From assembly GCA_964252035.1 (NCBI GenBank), contig OZ176211.1: a stretch of DNA of 64,000 nt, one strand, 5' to 3'. A program made the translations under genes and the position numbers. The stretch is from Podarcis erhardii (taxonomy: Eukaryota). The notes below the pieces were generated by a model. The model made no database searches and was not told the DNA's origin. It saw only the letters and a list, made by a program, of their open reading frames with translations. Each line of letters starts with the position of its first letter. Position 1 is the first letter of the stretch. Positions 38,092-50,710 of the stretch are shown here, in pieces.

Positions 38092-39319
38092 AATTGCCAC
38101 TTTTTCCCTACTAGCTATAAATACATAATCAAAAGGCCAGAACCAATATTCAGAACATTTCAGGGACACACTAACTAGCGCCTAATTAAAATAGTTGACT
38201 TTTAGCTCTCTGAATGCCATTGGGGTGCAACCTTGGATTGCATAATGAACTAAGGAATAATGTTTAAGACTAAATATCTTTCCATGTATTTTTTTTAAAT
38301 AATAGCTGGTCAAAAGTGTAAGGCAGCTTGAGGTATACCTCCGTACTGCACAGCTATGAATGGAATCTAGGAAAGCCAGTCACAAAAATAATTAAAGAGA
38401 AAAAAGTGTTAGTAGTAGAATAACACTATTTTCATTTTGCTACACACAAAAACTGTAATAAAAGGAACCTGAGGAACTATTGACCTATCAGCCTCCTGCA
38501 GGCATCTACAAAGTTTTCACTGAGGTACTGAACAATTGACTCACTATAACCTTGGATTTCATCCAATCAATAGAACATACAGACCTTCAATCAGAATTTT
38601 GCACAAAAGACTACCTTTTGTGATAAATGAACCTGTGGAGAACATTCTAATATAACTTACCATCCTCTACAGTATTCATAAACTACAAGACAGCTTTTGA
38701 GTTTGGAGAAAAAGAACTCCATGTTAAAATTGTTTTAATACACACACAAAAGAATATATGTATAGATGTGGGTTTCAATGAAGAAGAATACATCTCTCTG
38801 CTGCTATTGCTCTGATCACTTACCTGTAAAAAGCGTTTTCTAACAGCTATTATATTGATTTTTTTAAAGGCTTCCTGAGTGCATTCAATCATATTGCTTA
38901 TTTTATGAATGAAATGATAGTATTAGAAAACATATCTGAGAAATGTTATATAAGTCATGGATGGTTTTCCTACAATAACTTTCCATTCAGCAATATGCAT
39001 ATTTTATTGATATCCATAAACCTTCAAAGAAGGTTTTGCCTTTATTATTATGTTGCACCAGGTTTCACTTCCTATCATTCTATATTTGATATGTTTATTA
39101 AAAGCTATTTTATCTGTAGGCATACATTGTGTATTTTAAATCATGGCAGGCTGAGAGCATATTGACTTAGTGACTTTGTGACACCAGCAACTGCCACAAC
39201 AAATTTGTACACCCCTTCATATCTATTTGCATGATTAAAATTCTCAGTATTAAATGTAGCTACTGTATATTCCTTACTTAACACTGTTAAATCAAAACAC
39301 CATTAAAGTAAAACATTAC

Positions 39320-39515
39320 TCTCATAGCATTTGTTAAGAGTCTTAGACCAGGACCCAGAAACCCAGGGTTAAAATCCTTACTCAGAAAAGAAGCTCACTG
39401 CCTCTCAACCTAACATAGTTCACAGAGGGGTTGTGATGATAAAATGGGAAAAAGAGAGCCTTGTATATAATCTTGAGCTCACTGGAGGAAGGTGGGATAT
39501 GAATTTAATAATAAA
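39320..39515 (+). mobile_element. MIR/Ther1-like CORE SINE, old copy
   Basis: Head-like gaaacccagggttaaaatcc, body ctctcaacctaacatagttcacagaggggttgtgatgataaaatggg, AT-rich tail. Confidence 0.55.
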
Positions 39516-40180
39516 TAAGACAAATATACTCAAATATTACAGGCTTTTGCCAGGCTTATAGCACTTACAGAATCACATTACTACTACTAATGATGTTTGG
39601 GAGGGGAAAAATAAGTACTTTAAAAATTACTAATGAGAAATTACTTCTGATGAACATGCAGGGAGATGTAAATGAGGAAGAAGCAGTGGGAAAATGAGGA
39701 AAAATGCATCATAGCAATCTTGGAAAGTGGACTGAAAGTGGACTCAGAGGTGAGCAACATAACAGCTATTTCTGGACACACCGAACTTGTGGCAGCATGA
39801 GTATATAATGGAAGATTCTGCCAAAGTAAGGGACAGGAATACAAATTATGGTCACTGCGGAAGAACTTACTTCTTCCAAACACTACCTAATTTGGTGTGA
39901 ATCTCAATAATTATACAATACCTTGACCATGCATCCTTAAGATAATGCCTTTTTCTCAGGCGCCACTAGTCTTGAGGCTGAATAAGAGCACTGGCTATAT
40001 ATGCAGACAACGAATGTGTGTATAGACACATTTTTGATGGCTGCTCTACAAGCCTGAGAATAAGCACCCTTCATTTTCAGCTACCTTTCAGTGATAAGAG
40101 TTAATAAAGAATGAGAGAGCATTCCTTTCAAGGATGGCTTCAGAAATCGAAACATCCTGGAAAGCACAAACAACCCTTTT

Positions 40181-40210
40181 GCGCGCGCGCGCGCGCACAC
40201 ACACACACAC
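40181..40210. repeat. (GC)8(AC)7 alternating purine-pyrimidine tract
   Basis: Directly visible. Confidence 0.95.
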
Positions 40211-40245
40211 TCCACAACTTACCACAGTCCCTCTTTATTTTAGGA

Positions 40246-40451
40246 CAGAGCTTTCCAAACTTTTCATGTTGGTGACACTCTTTTTAGACATGCATTATTT
40301 TGTGACACAGTAATTCAGTTTTACTAGCAAACCAGAGGTTAAATTAACCCCCTTCCAGCCCCAGGAGGAGGATGGAGAGCATTCGCACAACACACCTATA
40401 CACTGCAGCCCACACACTAACGTGCTGTGACACACAGTTTAGACAGCTCTG
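40246..40451. mobile_element. hAT-type MITE
   Basis: Imperfect TIRs cagagctttccaaact / agtttagacagctctg. Confidence 0.6.
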
Positions 40452-40832
40452 TTCCAGGATGTTTGGCATCCTCCATATTTCTTACCACTTTTGGAACCAT
40501 GCAGTTACATACCAGGAAGCTGCCAGATACCTATGGAAACAGCACCTAAGACTAATGTCCAACTATCCAACAGAAAGAACTAGGCCCAGTTAAGTGAGAT
40601 GGCAATTCTTTTGGATTTAACATGATGTTGTATAAAACGTAATTTTTCTGGAAGTAGTTGGTTTTAAACGCTGTAAATCCTGCCCCTCCAACCTTCAGGA
40701 TATGGTTCACAACATCTAGAATTTAATTACCAAACTTTGAAATATTTCAGGTTCCCGGTGTATTATTTTCCTCCCACTGGGAATTGATCAGGTGGTAACA
40801 TTGCTCCGCCTTCTAGATGTTTCACCTTAAGG

Positions 40833-40958
40833 CAGCCTTTGTCAACCTGGTGCTGTCCACATATTTTGAACTACAACTCTCATCAGCATAGCCAATGGTC
40901 AGGGATGACAGGAGCTACAGTTCAAAAGGTCTCAAGAGTATCAGGTTAAGGAAGACTG
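40833..40958. mobile_element. hAT-type MITE with near-perfect 8-bp TSD
   Basis: Ends cagcctttgtcaacctg / caggttaaggaagactg; flanks ccttaagg and cattaagg (7/8). Confidence 0.75.
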
Positions 40959-41174
40959 CATTAAGGAGGGTCATGAGATAAAGGAAAATACAAACTAAAA
41001 TATTCTCTTATTTTCAAATCATGCTGCAGTGTATGCAACAAAAACATAAAAGTTCCTGTCTTAGTCCAAGAGTTGATTACCCCTTAAAAAAAAGGTATAC
41101 ATTTTATTTGAAGTCCTGCAGAGTTATCTTAAATGGAAGTTGCACAGCGGCATGCTTCAATATTGTGTTTTGGA

Positions 41175-41284
41175 CAGCCTTCCCCAGCTGGTGCCCTCCA
41201 GATACTTTGAGCTAAAACTCCCATTATATCTGCCTGCAGGCAATGCTGGCTGGGATTAGTTGACAGCACCAGGTTGGAGAAGGC
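41175..41284. mobile_element. hAT-type MITE (same family as 31886 and 40833)
   Basis: cagccttccccagctggtgccctccagat ... gcaccaggttggagaaggc. Confidence 0.65.
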
Positions 41285-44200
41285 AATGGTTGTGTTTTCA
41301 AATATATTAATTATTTAAACAAGAGGCAAAGTAAAATCTTCAAGCATCACTCTTTGAAATATATTTTACTCTGCTTGTTGTGAATGTAAATATTGCTCAA
41401 AATACCAGCTTGGGTGCTTTTGTATTTTTTTTCTCCCTACACATACCCTTGTCTGAATAAACCTGAACATTCACCATTTTGAATATACCAATGTTTAGCA
41501 TCACAGGAGATATTATATAGCATCCAAAATCATCTTTATATGGAGTCTTAATTTTCCTTTATAAACCTCAAACAACATATTTTGTTTTTTCTTCCTCAAC
41601 AACTTTTTAAACAGGCTTTTTGAAGTTAAGGGCTGATTGCTATCTTGCAAATGAGCTACCAGGAATGTGTTCTGTGGTAAATTGATTCCAGATGCTCAAC
41701 GATGATTGATCCTAAGAAGGCATCTTAACTTTTATTTTCTTAAGAAATATTTACAAAAAGGCGGTTGCCACTTACACTTTAAGCAAGAGCTATTTCTGGG
41801 AACTGAAGTACTTATAGAAAACTGAAGAAGTGACACATCATAACCCAATTGCCTGTTCAGACTTGTACTAAGTTTATATCCCACCTTTTGGTCTCCCAGA
41901 TCAACAAGGCAGCAGCAAAAGAGACTGCTCTTTGGAGAGTTCAAAAGGAGGGTACCACTATTGAGAGAGCCCCATAAACCTAGCTTCTGATGGCTGGGGG
42001 ACTAGAACAGAAGACAATCTAAGTTTATGGCATGGATGGTATGGGAAAAGTGCTCCCAAATGTTTAGGGCATTGAAGGTAAAAAGTAGTACCCAAACGGT
42101 AAGTAGCAACAAGTGACATTATTTTAATACTGATGCAATATGTTCCTGGTATCTATCCCCCAACTACCATGTTTTTAGCCAGTTCAGAACTTTTCAAAAT
42201 CTGCAGTGGCTGCTTCATCTGCAGCACATTAGAATAGTTTGAAGTTACCAGAACATATATAATAGTGGCTAGATTATTTCCCCAAAAAAGGGCACATGTG
42301 ACAAAGGTAGACCTGGATACAGATGCCACCTAGCCATCCAATCTGCAAAACTGCTCCTACTGGGTAGTATGACCCCCTTTAGAACAGGTTAAACATTTAC
42401 AAGACTGGGCCATCCATCATCAACATCTCCTAGTGTGAAGATTACATGTAAATTAATTCACCCCATCCGGCCTAGTAGCAATTCTAGGCATCAGTTCGGA
42501 AAATTTTCTACTACACTTCAGTGTCACGTTTCATCTGTTGCTGTCCTGCAACACTGTTGCAGGACAGCAACGATGCCTCCCCTGGATCTAGTGGATGTGC
42601 TGGAGGTGATGAGTTTTCCCGGGCTTTGAGCCCTTTTCAGCTTCACCAAGGCCCAGGAAGTGGATTGCAGCTTGCCTGCCTATTTATAATTTCAGGCTTC
42701 AATATCTTATTTACAACATCTTTTTTTTACTATGTTCTAGGTCTAGGACATAGGAAGAAATATAGATACATCTTTCTGTTTGTTTATTTTAAAAAGGTAG
42801 ATTTCCAGGGGGGCACTGAGTATTTTTTTTACTCAAAGGGGGGCGGAATAATAAGTTTGGGAAACTCTGGTCTAAGGGACTGAGGAAAAGGTTTCCTCAT
42901 CCAGTTAAGGTTTTATCATCCTCTCTTACAAAAATGTGGGCAGTATCCCCACATTTCCTTGGGGGACATTAATTGAATAGCACCATTTTTTAAGTAATAC
43001 CCCTAAGCTAAGCTAAGTCTAATCAGCTAAGTCTAATCAGCCAAAATGAGCTATATTAGGGCAAGCAGGTGGTAGGCCTAAGCACTCCAAGAATCTTGTA
43101 CACATCCTTGGGTGACAAAACTGCAACCCACCCAAACAAGCCTACTAATGGATGCAGTGGATGTGTTGAATAGCAGACATGTACACATTGTACTGTCCAA
43201 GATAGAAAGGATATCAGCAACTCTTAAGTGCCTTGCCAATAACCACAGTAAATTACTGAGGATCTCCCATGATCACATTTCTAACCTGGTTATGAGATAT
43301 CTCTAACAGCAATGAAAAGCTCTGCATTTGTGCTATCATCCTAACTGCCTCATTAGGATAGCATTTGTGCTATCATCCTAACTGCCTCATTAGTCTCAGC
43401 TCTTCAAGAATCAGCTCCAGCAAGCAAATAATGGCAATCATCTGAACTGATTCCCTGTTGCAAAGGTTAGTCATGTTTGTTAGTCAACTGAAAACTTCCA
43501 TTGAGCTTTCTGAAAACCATCAGCCACCAGGAACAGAAAATTTTAATCTCTCTGCCATTGTTTACAAATAACTAAGGTGCTGAAACGCCAATCCTCACCA
43601 GATGTTTACCTGTTAATGACAAAAAAGGAGTCAAAATATTCCTAACTATAAGATCACCAACATCCTATCAGCAGAGAGTATCAAATCTGGGGCACCTGCT
43701 ATGTGCCTGCCGAACTATACACTGGGAGAGCTCCAAGGTAGCCATTAAGCCCCAAGTTGTTTCTTCTGACATTCCCCAGTCTGAGGGGTCCACAAAACCA
43801 TTTCCTAGAACACCTAAGCAAGCTCAGTCAATTAGGAAGCCAGTTGGGAGTATATAAACAGAATCACTATTTTGTGTCACAGAGTGTACCTGGTGTTAGA
43901 CTAATTAGTAAAGGCAGGATTTGGGGTGGAATATCTGGCAAGTAAGATGGAATATTTGAAAACCACAGAAACTCCTCCACCCTACCCTGTCCCACAACTG
44001 ATGCTGCAATGAAAACACAGCTAGGCAAAACTGGATTTCCAGCCTCCACTCTGCACAACATAAGGCCTACTCTTGTGAAACATTAGTGGGCATGCAGGAA
44101 TTTCAATCATTATGCCTACAAATGTATTCAGAGCTGTTTCGCTAGAAATAGTTCATGTACGCCTACAAACCTGAATGGTGGAAGTTGTAGTAGCAGAAAA

Positions 44201-44873
44201 TGAAACACATATGGAACACATTAGCACACTCAAGATGCTGTACAAGGATTTTAAAAACTACTAAAAACAAGAGGGGATAAAATTATCCTCTATAAATTCA
44301 AGTTGTTATATATACAATTGCTGTTGGCATGCAGTATTTCTCCTACTTGCTTCTATTTCAAGGACATCATACAAGCATCTGTTTGGCCACTGTGAGAACA
44401 GAATGCTGGACTAGATGGGTCACTGGCCTGAATCACCAGGCTCTTATGTTCTTATAGCCATGCACTGATTTCTACATTTGTATGTTGGCCTTCTGGAGGT
44501 GGCCTTTCCACGCCAACCTCTTATGATCTCTAACAAGTATAGAACTTTGGAGTGCCAATCATCACAGTAATTCCCATGTAGGAAGCACTCAGCACTCTAT
44601 GGACCATCCCCACATTTTTTATTTGCATTTTCTCAATTGTCATTTCCTTTACCACTTTCATGTTTCATGTGTTTCATGTCTACAAAGACTTGTATGCGTG
44701 ATTTAGGAGTGGACAAGCAAGACTGCATGTGAAATAGATATATAAACATGACTAATAGCCACTGTATGTAACAATACAACATCTCTGAAATTCTCAAATG
44801 GTTGATTTCCAAATTCATCAAATTATTAGACCAAATCTCGTGGATTGTATCCTGTTTCATATTTCATTGGAAA

Positions 44874-45019
44874 CAGTGGTGTAGCGTGGGTTGTCAGCAC
44901 CCGGGGCAAGGCAAGTAATTTGCGCCCCCTAACCCGTGGATTTGCGCCCCCTAACCCTAACCCCCAGATGTTGTGCCCGGTGCGGCCGGCCCCCCCTACA
45001 CCCCCACACTACGCCACTG
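44874..45019. mobile_element. 146-bp hAT-type MITE with perfect 8-bp TSD
   Basis: TIRs cagtggtgtagcgtgg / cacactacgccactg; TSD attggaaa at 44866-44873 and 45020-45027. Confidence 0.88.
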
Positions 45020-46950
45020 ATTGGAAAAGATATGGAAAATATAGTGCAGATGACAGCTGAAGGTCCCCTTGTATATTGTTTTCAAAGCAGTGTTGATCCT
45101 GCTTAACTGATATAGTTCCTGCATAGGTACTTGATGAATCGAGCTATATCCCAAAGGGTTTTCTGCTCCCAAAGACCATATTCCAATGATAACATTTCCA
45201 AATATAATAGAGGGGTAACAACACTGTGTTGTTGCTCAATCCTGCCGGTGTGCCTGAAAGTGCTAAACATTGCATACATAAAGACATTTTAAATATCAAG
45301 GCTGTCACAAATTGGAGGGGATGCTGGCAGTGTAACAGACCTTGTACTTTCTGCATACTTTTCAAATTCCCCACATCAATTTACTTTATGTGCCCAAACT
45401 AAAATACACACAAATTTCAGGTCCCCCCCTTAAAGTTCTATGTTCTTCAAGAACTGTTAAGCAAGAATAGCCAACAGTGACTTCCTGTGCAGAAACATTT
45501 TTAAAGTTTGATAGGCAAGAAATAAAGAGTTGGAGGAAGAATAGTTTTGGAGAGAAAGTTCAAACTCACATACACAGGATATTTAAATCATTCTTTAAAA
45601 GTTACAGTTGCAATTATCAGGGAAGCGGTTGGAATTTTAAGGAAGAAACAGCACATCCAGGAAAGATAATGCCTGTTAAAAAGCCACACAATGCTGTTGA
45701 CTGCTTTCATTCTAGAGTAAAGGAAACTGTACGCTTAAAATAACAGCAGTTTTGGTAGCTGCTTCCCTGTTACAAAATATCCGCTTGTTTGCAAGCCAGA
45801 AAGAGGAATTCAAATAGCTGTTACCTTCTGCTACTATATTCCCCTAGTCTTTTTTCCATTAAAATATATCCTGGCTTGTTGGAAATCTCTTATTGGAAAC
45901 AGTAGTGAATTTTCTGGAAAATCTTGAAATCCAAAAAATAAATAAATTCATCTATCTTAAATCAAAGGGTATCCGAACCAAGTAAGTCTGACCTGGTTAA
46001 ATAAAAATTAAAAAGTCGTAATAATTTTACTTACTGTTTAAATATCTGAAAAGTTCTCCAAATAGTCAAATTAATTACATTGCTAGTTAATTTTAGAAAA
46101 TAATGCATACCTCAATCTGAAAAGTGTTCCATGGGAAAATATAACTGTGGGAATTTTTCCATCCAACACCACTGATTAAATATTTGGATACAAACTGTAG
46201 GAAATGTCTTTTTGTGGTGCCTCTATAAAGTATACCTAAAACCCATCCAGTTAAGAAATTATTTCATGCCTCCATAAAGGCTTTCTAGTTTATAGTCTTG
46301 CACTGAAATTCTAACATTTCTAAGGATTCTACACCTTAAAAAAAAAAACCCACAGCACCTGGTATTCTAAACCCCTCAATCCAAAGCCAAGTTCAGGTAT
46401 TCAATCCTAGGAATTCTTGAAATGGGTCTTTAGTGGCCTAAACATAAGTAGCACCGAAAAAGAGACCTGTAACAGACACCCACTAGCCCTGTTAAGGTGA
46501 CTGCAGAAACAGTTTTCAAGGATGCTGAAGAAAACTAAGCACATGTCTCCTTTACTTTTTCAACTATTTGCAAAACTTTAATTTTGATTTTATTTTTTTA
46601 AATAAAACTTTAATAGCAAAGCCAAATGCCATTACAGAACAAAACAATTATCTTTGTATGTGTCTATCAGGGATCTTCGTGAAGAAAGTCATTACACATT
46701 TTCTTAACAGGCATTATTGGATGAGACCTCAGTTTGTTTCTAGTTATAAGAATTTTAAGTTCAATCTTTGTTAGTCATTATTCCAAACAGGTGTATAGTG
46801 TGATGGGGTGTGTGTTAATTTTTCTGTTTTCAAGATAGCCAGTTTAGGGGGCATCAACTTAGACTGAATGTATATGATCATTGAGACCATAAGTTCCATG
46901 TTATATTATATACTCAAACTTTTGCTTTCTAAAGTAAAACATATGCCTAC

Positions 46951-47520
46951 CTGAACCAACAGGGGAGGAGCCAACACTGAGACTTTGTAGACTTCCATTC
47001 CTAAGCAACGTTGGAGATTTTTGCAAATTAGAACTGGTTATACTTCCTGCAGCAGATGCCACAGATGATGTTGGGGAGGCAGAACAAACCGATAGGTGGG
47101 AAATATTCTCCTGACTTTTATTTCCTTTTGGCCTACCAGGCCCATGTTTACACTGCTTATTTCCTTTCCGCTTCTTTTCCTTTACAATTTCATCTTCTGT
47201 CCCAGAGGACTGAACACGCTTGTATCCTGTTGATGTAAGGCTTGAATTACCCAACTCTCCAGGTGAGCTGTCAAAAATATTAGGCTGGGAGGCAACAGTT
47301 GAGGTTGAAGGAAGACCAATTAAGGAAGTAAAACAATTCACACCCCCTTCCTGGCTTCCAGTCTCTCCTTTATGTACATCTTTGGTCGACAATGTCTGCT
47401 GGGAATGAGTATAGCTGTCATTACGTAGATCCGAGTCTGTAAAACTCAAAAAGTCCTGGGGAGACTGAACTGAACTTCCGGAAGATGACTTTATACTACT
47501 AGGAGTTCCCAAAAAACTTC
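46951..47520 (-). CDS. MLLT10: MLLT10 exon (570 bp), Ser-rich region with basic KEKKRKGNK and AT-hook GPGRPKG
   Basis: ORF 46901..47536. Acceptor ttttctgcag|GA; donor TCAG|gtaggc. Confidence 0.97.
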
Positions 47521-49271
47521 CTGCAGAAAAGGACAAAAAAGGGTGTTAAAAATAAAATAAATGGGCAAATGTTTAAGCATAGCAATACAATTAGCACATA
47601 TATCTTGTTGGCAAACAAGAAGTTACAGCAGCTTTGCTGTTTGTGTTCTATAAGAGTTTTGCTCTGGTCTTTGTGCCATCTAAAAGGGGCAGGGAAGTGG
47701 CAAAGTTACAGCACATGTTATGTTCTCATATTCCCAGCCAACCTTAATTTCTTTCAGCTCTTTATTGGCCTGGACAGTAATGACTGAGACTGCACTAATA
47801 AAATGGATAAAGCCCAAGTAAATCACAAAGTAGAGGTTCTTATCACTCTGTAATTCAACTTTTGCACCAATGTTCAAATTGTTGTATAAAACTGTTTTAT
47901 GATATCGTGCCAATGAAAATCCTCTAGAATATAATTTCTCAGCCACAACTGCCCTGGGGCAGAAAAGATGTCAGGGTAACTGGGGGGATGGGGGGATGGC
48001 AGTGTGCCCTAAGTTTATCCCTGTTTCTATCACTCTGACTTGCCCTTTCTAGATGGCACTGACTAATTCCACACAAGGCAAATCTGTATGAACAAAACAT
48101 TTCTCAGAAAATGTAATCCAAACATGGCCAATATGTTCGCTTCTAATTATTAGTTCTACCAGTTTCAGCAAAACCATAATAAATAAGTCTCAAAATAACT
48201 GAAAATTAATCACAAAGCTTTCCAATAGGAAAAGAATATTCCTACAATAAACATGAGCATTGTATTGAATGCCTTTTAAAATACTTTGCATATATTTCAA
48301 ATGCTTTCAGTACAGAGGCAGATGAACATAACTGTAAAAAGTGAAAAGGGATGGTTCAGATGTCATGACAAACCATAGTTTAGCATTATAACTGTGATCC
48401 TGGGACTCAATCAGTGACTGCCAGGTCTTGCAAAGTCCCTACTTGGCTCCTCAGAAATTTACAGTCAACTGAGGGATTACAATAACAAGTCTCAATCTCA
48501 TATAATTTTCCCTTCCCCCTCTATGAGGAGCTCAGAAACTTTAGACTGCATTGTAGATTAACTAGAGTTTGCCACTCTAAACTGTGGTTACTCTTAACCA
48601 TAGTTTCTTGCAACAAAGTAGCTAAGATTAAGCACAGTTAAATTTGGTATGATTAGCATGACCAGCTGGCCACTGTGAGAACAGGATGCTGGACTAACAA
48701 AAATTACAGCATGCAGTAATTCCTTGCTGGACGAAAAGGGGTTGGCAACTGGTGGGCCTTAGGCCAAGACAAAAATGTAAAAAGGCAGGACCATAAAAAA
48801 CTGCACATGTTACACTATACAATTATACACAAATCAAAAATAAAATAATAAGATAAACCAGATTCTGAAAACAACAGTAAAATGCAAAATCTACAGAAAA
48901 TCAGAAGATAATGTGACTGAACAGCTTAATGCAAATTTTAAAAAAGCTTCCAGGTGCCAGCCAATAAGATAAAGTTTCTGAATAACATGATGAAATGCAT
49001 TATATTTTATATGACAGAAGAGAGTGGCAAATGATTTCACAGCTGCCAAACCATTCCCTCCCTTTTAGGTGTCATGAAACAGCTTCATATAAAGGAAAGA
49101 TAAGTTAGGTTGACAACTAGTGTGATGTAGAGTGCTGCACTAGGAGGCACACCCACACCCCAGAAACTCAACAATTGTTGCAAGGATAAAACGCGAAAGG
49201 GGGAAACTATCCATACCACCTTGATGAAAGAAAGGTGGGGTATAAATTGAATAAGAATAAAAAGAAAAGAA

Positions 49272-49286
49272 AAGAAGAAGAAGAAG

Positions 49287-49316
<30 letters not shown>
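49272..49316. repeat. (AAG)15 microsatellite
   Basis: Directly visible. Confidence 0.97.
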
Positions 49317-49318
<2 letters not shown>

Positions 49319-49553
49319 GTGCATAAATGACTTAAGACACACACTTGTCAGAGGTGCACTCCAATCTTTTCCTCCTAACTCCTCCCCACAAAAGGAGAAT
49401 CATAAGGAGAACATCAGGTACATTAAGAAGAGAGGGAAGCCTCTAATCCCTGTTCGCTTCCTACCAGCTCCTATATTTAAGGTAGCATGGAGGGAAACAG
49501 GGAAAGTGGGTATAACTGTCTAGCCCAATGGCAAAGTAGCCTGCCAGTAAATA

Positions 49554-49859
49554 CAGTGGTGCCTCGCAAGACGAAATTAATCCGTTTTCGTCTTGCGAAG
49601 CAAGCCCATTGACGGCTTAGCGGATTAGCGCTATTAGCGGCTTTTAGCGGCTTTTAGGCTTAGCGGATAAGCAGATAAGCGGCTTAGCGGCTTAAAAGGG
49701 GGGGGGGTGGAAAAAAACCCGCAGGAACTCGCAAGACATTTTCGTCTTGCGAAGCAAGCCCATAGGAAATTCGTTTTGCGAAGCACCTCCAAAACGGAAA
49801 ACCCTTCCGTCTAGCGGGTTTTCCGTCTTGCGAGGCATTCGTCTTGTGGGGCACCACTG
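49554..49859. mobile_element. Tc1/mariner-type MITE with internal ttagcgg-like tandem units
   Basis: TIRs cagtggtgcc / ggcaccactg, TA flanks, repeated tcttgcga motifs, CpG-rich. Confidence 0.88.
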
Positions 49860-50527
49860 TAACTGCTATTTGAAGCCAAGTGTTCCCAATACACTTCTAA
49901 AATATAGGTTGACATTCAACAGAAGGAGAAAATTAGGACACTATACTGAGGAAAATGGCCAAGACAGCTTTTCTTACATGTCTAATTTCTTCCTTGTTTG
50001 AGCACTAATCCTTTTGTGTTTATTCCAACATGCTCCCATACTGTGTAATGTTTATGCAAGTTGAGGACAGATATTATAGAAAATACAACAGAAAATCACC
50101 ACAAGGTAATCCTGCTCAATATCTAAAGGAATAGTCTCAAGTGTAACAAGAATAAAGAAGAAAAATTGTTCGTACTGCCCCAAAGGAAGCTGACATTCAC
50201 ATTTCATTTAGAGAGCTATGCATGATTACAAACAGTATTTCTTACTGTACTTAAATATCAATATTTATCTCAGTACACTCAGGTTACTATCCTATGCATG
50301 CTTACCTGGGAGTAAGTCATATTGAACATAGTGGGACTTATTTTTGAGTAAACATGCATAGAACTGCCCTGGAAATGTGCATGTGTTTTGCATTTATATC
50401 TTATACTAGGCAGTTTATGTCCTGTATATAATGTGGATAATATAAGCAAAATCCATTAGGAAGGATTAGATTTTTGTATGTGTTAACACACACTTGGTAT
50501 TCATCTTTCTAGCCCACTTGAATCTAT

Positions 50528-50710
50528 GAAAAGCTGCCTTATACAGAGCCAGATGATTTGGTCCATCATGACTAATACTGTCTACCCAATATTGTCCACC
50601 CTAACTAGCAGCATCTGGCGATGGTCTTTCCCAAGCTCTACAGCCTGTGTAACTGGAGATACCAGGGATGGAAACTGGGACCTTCTACAAGCATGTTATC
50701 TGCTGTCTGA
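50528..50710 (-). mobile_element. Squam3-like SINE, degenerate
   Basis: aagctgccttatacagagccagatgatttggtccatc...ctggagataccagggatggaaactgggaccttct is the reverse complement of the Squam3 body and tail. Confidence 0.65.

Noticed and set aside
44700-44745. Weak resemblance (ATTTCACATGCAGT..GCTTGTCCA) to the recalled human EISMQ..ACP exon
   Set aside because: Needs an indel and a large deletion, has no valid donor, and rests on my memory of the human DNA; not distinguishable from chance.
46029-46117. Two tiny exon-like units on - (ATATTTAAACA|gtaagt; ATTGAG|gtatgc)
   Set aside because: Both give immediate in-frame stops, and such motifs are expected by chance in AT-rich introns.
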